Below are positions 62,101 to 64,000 of a stretch of 64,000 nt of DNA, in pieces. The DNA is from a virus. The stretch's first letter is position 1; every line of letters begins with the position of its first letter. The DNA is taken from the IMG/VR virus record IMGVR_UViG_3300023202_000135, positions 26,693-90,692 of that record; one strand, given 5' to 3'. Under the pieces are notes generated by a model. The model was not told where the DNA came from. It did not search any database and saw nothing but the letters and a program-made list of their open reading frames with translations. Position numbers and translations under genes: made by a program.

Positions 62101-64000
62101 GTACGCGGCCTTGGTGGCTTGGTCGTCGCTCTTGCCCGCCTTCTTCGCCTTCTTGAACGCGCCGTTCATCTCCAGCGCCTCAACATCGAACTCGTTGATG
62201 TGACCGGCGCGGTGCAGCTCATCCACTGCGATAGCCGTGACGCGCTTCACCTCGTCGACCGTGTGCTTGCTGAGGGCGGTCTGGATGTTGGCCTTGAGGT
62301 ACTCGTCGAGCCTGCCCTCCTTGTCGGCCGCCGCGGCGTTCCTGGCCATCGTCTCCCACGCCGCACCTGCTCCGGCGATGTGCTTGCGCAGCTCATCGTC
62401 GCTGGACTTGAGGAGGTCGATCCCTTCGTTGAGCGCATTCGGGATAACGGCGGCAAGGCTCTCGTTCTTCTTGCCCGCATCCGGCGTGCCAGGGGCCTTG
62501 CGCAGGCCGGCGGAGGCGCGCTTCTTGGCCCGGACCTTCTTGTCCTGCTCAGGGCCGTAGTGGCGGTTGCCGATGTTCACGCCGATCGAGCCGCCCTTAA
62601 TCCCCTTCACGAGGCTCGACCAGCGCATGATCTTGGGCTTCTGCTTCTTGACGCCGTCCTTGAGGGACCACTGCGACTGCGCGAGCAGGATGCGATCCGA
62701 GTTGAGGTCGCGCTTCGCGATCGTCCACCACTGGTTGCCCATCATCACGGACTTGCCCTGGACGAGGTACTCCTTGAGCTGCTCCTCGCTGGGCCCGCTC
62801 TCGTTGATGATGATACTCTCGGTGACGCCTTCGTTCTTCGCCTTCGGCTGGTAGAGTCCGCGGCTGGCCGCCTTCTTGAGCGCATAGCGCAGGGCCTTGA
62901 GGTCGCGCTTGCGAACCGTGCGGCTCTTGGACCGCTCCAGGAAGTCGATGGCGTCGGCCGGGTGTACCCACTTGATTTGCTCGGTCTCTCGGTCGTGGCG
63001 CCCGGAGCGGCCGATGACCTGCATGAGGTAGTAGGTCGTGATACTGGTCGTGCCCTTCAAGCTGGCGAGCTTGGTGAGGATCTTGGCCTTGTACCCTGTC
63101 TCTTCCTCAACCTCTCGGACCGCTGCTTCCTCGGCGGTCTCGCCCGGGTCGACAGTGCCCTTCGGCCACGTCCAGTGCGCACCGCCGAAGTGGTTGCGCG
63201 GCTCGCGAATCAGCACCTCGCCCTTCTTGTTGAACACGACGCCGCCGGCCGACAGCTTGGGCTGGTACTTCTTGGGCTTGAAGTGCTGCTTGGTCTTGGG
63301 GTCATCGGCCACGGCCTTCTTGCGGCCAGCGCCGAAGAAGCCTTCGTCGACGTCGTCGCCCACGCGGTCAGCGTAGTTGGCGATGAGCCACTCCTCAAAC
63401 TCCTCGGCGTTGCCTTCGTCGAGGTCGATGAGCCAGTTCCACCACACGTCGTCCGGGATGCCTTCGGGCTGATGGTCCCACTGCTCCTGCAACTCCGCGT
63501 CGAGCTTCTCAATGTCCTCGTCGGTGGGCGTGGCCGGGTCGTTGGCCGGGACACGTAGTTGGTGTGCGTCCTCCAGGAACCGGGCCGTGGTCTGGTCCAT
63601 GAGGTCGTCGGGGATGTCGATGACGTCGTAGGCGTCCTCGGTGATCTTGGTCTGGTCCTTCACCTTGACGTTGCGGTCCGCCTTCTGTTCGACGCCGACA
63701 CGGTACTCCGCGCGACCGTCCTTTCGGAGGCTGATGGTCGCGTCGCTGCTGGGGTGCCGGTAGATGAGCGCGTTGCCGCGCACGCTCGCCTTGAGCCAGC
63801 CCGCCTTGGACAGCGCCTTCTTCGCCTTGGCCGGGTCGAGCTTGCCGAGCGGTGCAACGGGCTTGCGGGCGTTAGGCAGTACGAGGCCTTCGCCTGCGTA
63901 GTGGTGCGTGAAGCGCTTGAGCGGTTGGTCGCCTCGGGCATAGGTTCCGGCGTAGGCTTCGACGATGATTCCTTCGGTCACCAACGCGTTCCAACGCAAG
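59119..64000 (-). CDS. Giant modular protein with intact Nudix hydrolase (5' end probably outside the window)
   Basis: At least 1626 aa; Nudix box GTVDPGETAEEAAVREVEEETGY; two CxxC...CxxC ribbons; many L/I-x-E linkers; C-terminal GGD.G.RWA domain. Confidence 0.85.
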   Translation of the reverse strand, partial: LRWNALVTEGIIVEAYAGTYARGDQPLKRFTHHYAGEGLVLPNARKPVAPLGKLDPAKAKKALSKAGWLKASVRGNALIYRHPSSDATISLRKDGRAEYRVGVEQKADRNVKVKDQTKITEDAYDVIDIPDDLMDQTTARFLEDAHQLRVPANDPATPTDEDIEKLDAELQEQWDHQPEGIPDDVWWNWLIDLDEGNAEEFEEWLIANYADRVGDDVDEGFFGAGRKKAVADDPKTKQHFKPKKYQPKLSAGGVVFNKKGEVLIREPRNHFGGAHWTWPKGTVDPGETAEEAAVREVEEETGYKAKILTKLASLKGTTSITTYYLMQVIGRSGRHDRETEQIKWVHPADAIDFLERSKSRTVRKRDLKALRYALKKAASRGLYQPKAKNEGVTESIIINESGPSEEQLKEYLVQGKSVMMGNQWWTIAKRDLNSDRILLAQSQWSLKDGVKKQKPKIMRWSSLVKGIKGGSIGVNIGNRHYGPEQDKKVRAKKRASAGLRKAPGTPDAGKKNESLAAVIPNALNEGIDLLKSSDDELRKHIAGAGAAWETMARNAAAADKEGRLDEYLKANIQTALSKHTVDEVKRVTAIAVDELHRAGHINEFDVEALEMNGAFKKAKKAGKSDDQATKAAYRRVRTHTIKKERHAKAKRESVYEFDVGKHHYVSTMIEVQNDPHITAFDFGVRTANGKLDHKTLLNEVDAIPIINTVVDGLARHLEWYDIDEAIVIIPPARLTEEVNETAEKMKRGRVYRRIVERLNESHEVLSRYVVRRTAIHEGKHANTIGYHYTRRHEDRAMARLVEATTGDHYVLVTEHEDAPKVAKLFGLNASAIGKHHVIEGAPAVVALAAHRLGLDETAEIMEHAVHEAWNHGGVLSEGVIGSYTRSKPLAIDNDMGLRKYLSYVLRRTGTEINESEEIEGLTDAEQEVVALSKAFRRHNESVLSRVNYDRRGHCLVIDEKPFDDVSPIAQQLGIPCEEVQGVAVVRADNFSLGILAHRLGLTCAGELIQDGFDEIDRHLAEAPNEVTVSTNVGGYTADFMGGNVVARLPTKRKVKKYLKKLGLRETAIDEVAKACPKCGSPDTYYRESTAENDWILTCKDCRRQTQESLDEGARPCDKPCPVCEGRNTRFRMPSYSGAWKIECLDCMGLNEGVIMEIPSDEFQLWWAFNEMHKALNNGRPMPWADDYGEGDPQVQESVVPPQFRSKLDNPAAKKKRASEGEGEAVLFEKNAPPTAADLKAINKAEGPEDRAAKGKAWVVHWADGRAVAAFGSRSAMRTWLDKVGDWAEIVSVKYGDPEFKGKKLKLRESIDDLNEAPSNNAGADNQGANPKTTTKAKGNQKADANVYGVPEIGFYLDDVQDWLNMLIVGGMDEKKAIQQTRIKFKLKKLEINPVGRITNTVPTLEPRPVTTTADQLGQEPGAGGGGEEPPEDEEPEEEPAPGDEASQEESLDEKAPPGFSGTVKAMKAKGMAKDKAFALAWDMYKKGAKPRKKAEKGKAAYISPKQYFKEARLLRSDFDIPDEVLGVIVEHVALVEETFTPPSAVERAHKRGITRISKLGMVEGILKAPALTSAVPLSEAKRIHEFFECEADKSTEGGKAMFLAFGGDPGKRWAASVLKKQEKGDL

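Noticed and set aside
1-64000. Stop-codon reassignment, DGR, retron or integrase
   Set aside because: Genes are intact and tightly packed in the standard code, no suppressor tRNA is present, and I saw no reverse transcriptase or recombinase motifs.

Overview
GC-rich fragment of a large T4-like (myovirus) phage genome; nearly all genes are on the minus strand. From the right-hand end in gene order: a truncated giant Nudix-bearing protein and small ORFs; several long acidic/basic prohead-core-like proteins punctuated by L/I-x-E motifs; a 2925-aa polyvalent protein (degenerate Nudix, kinase-like, possible ADP-ribosyltransferase-like domains); prohead protease/scaffold; major capsid protein; a NUMOD4-HNH endonuclease; a ~6 kb accessory block (tRNA operon, HNH, ADP-ribosylglycohydrolase); then neck, tail sheath, tube, chaperones, tape measure and baseplate genes. 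I did not recognise portal or terminase genes in the window. Best new signal: the six-tRNA operon lies behind a leaderless 25-codon leader ORF containing a cognate codon for every one of the six tRNAs, overlapping a terminator/antiterminator switch. This looks like a ribosome-mediated attenuator that would turn on phage tRNAs when those tRNAs are depleted. Other notable signals: a promoter-HNH-tRNA(Asn) cassette inserted into another tRNA(Asn) gene, and a domain nested three-deep inside itself in the tail sheath. All calls come from reading motifs by eye; no searches were run.
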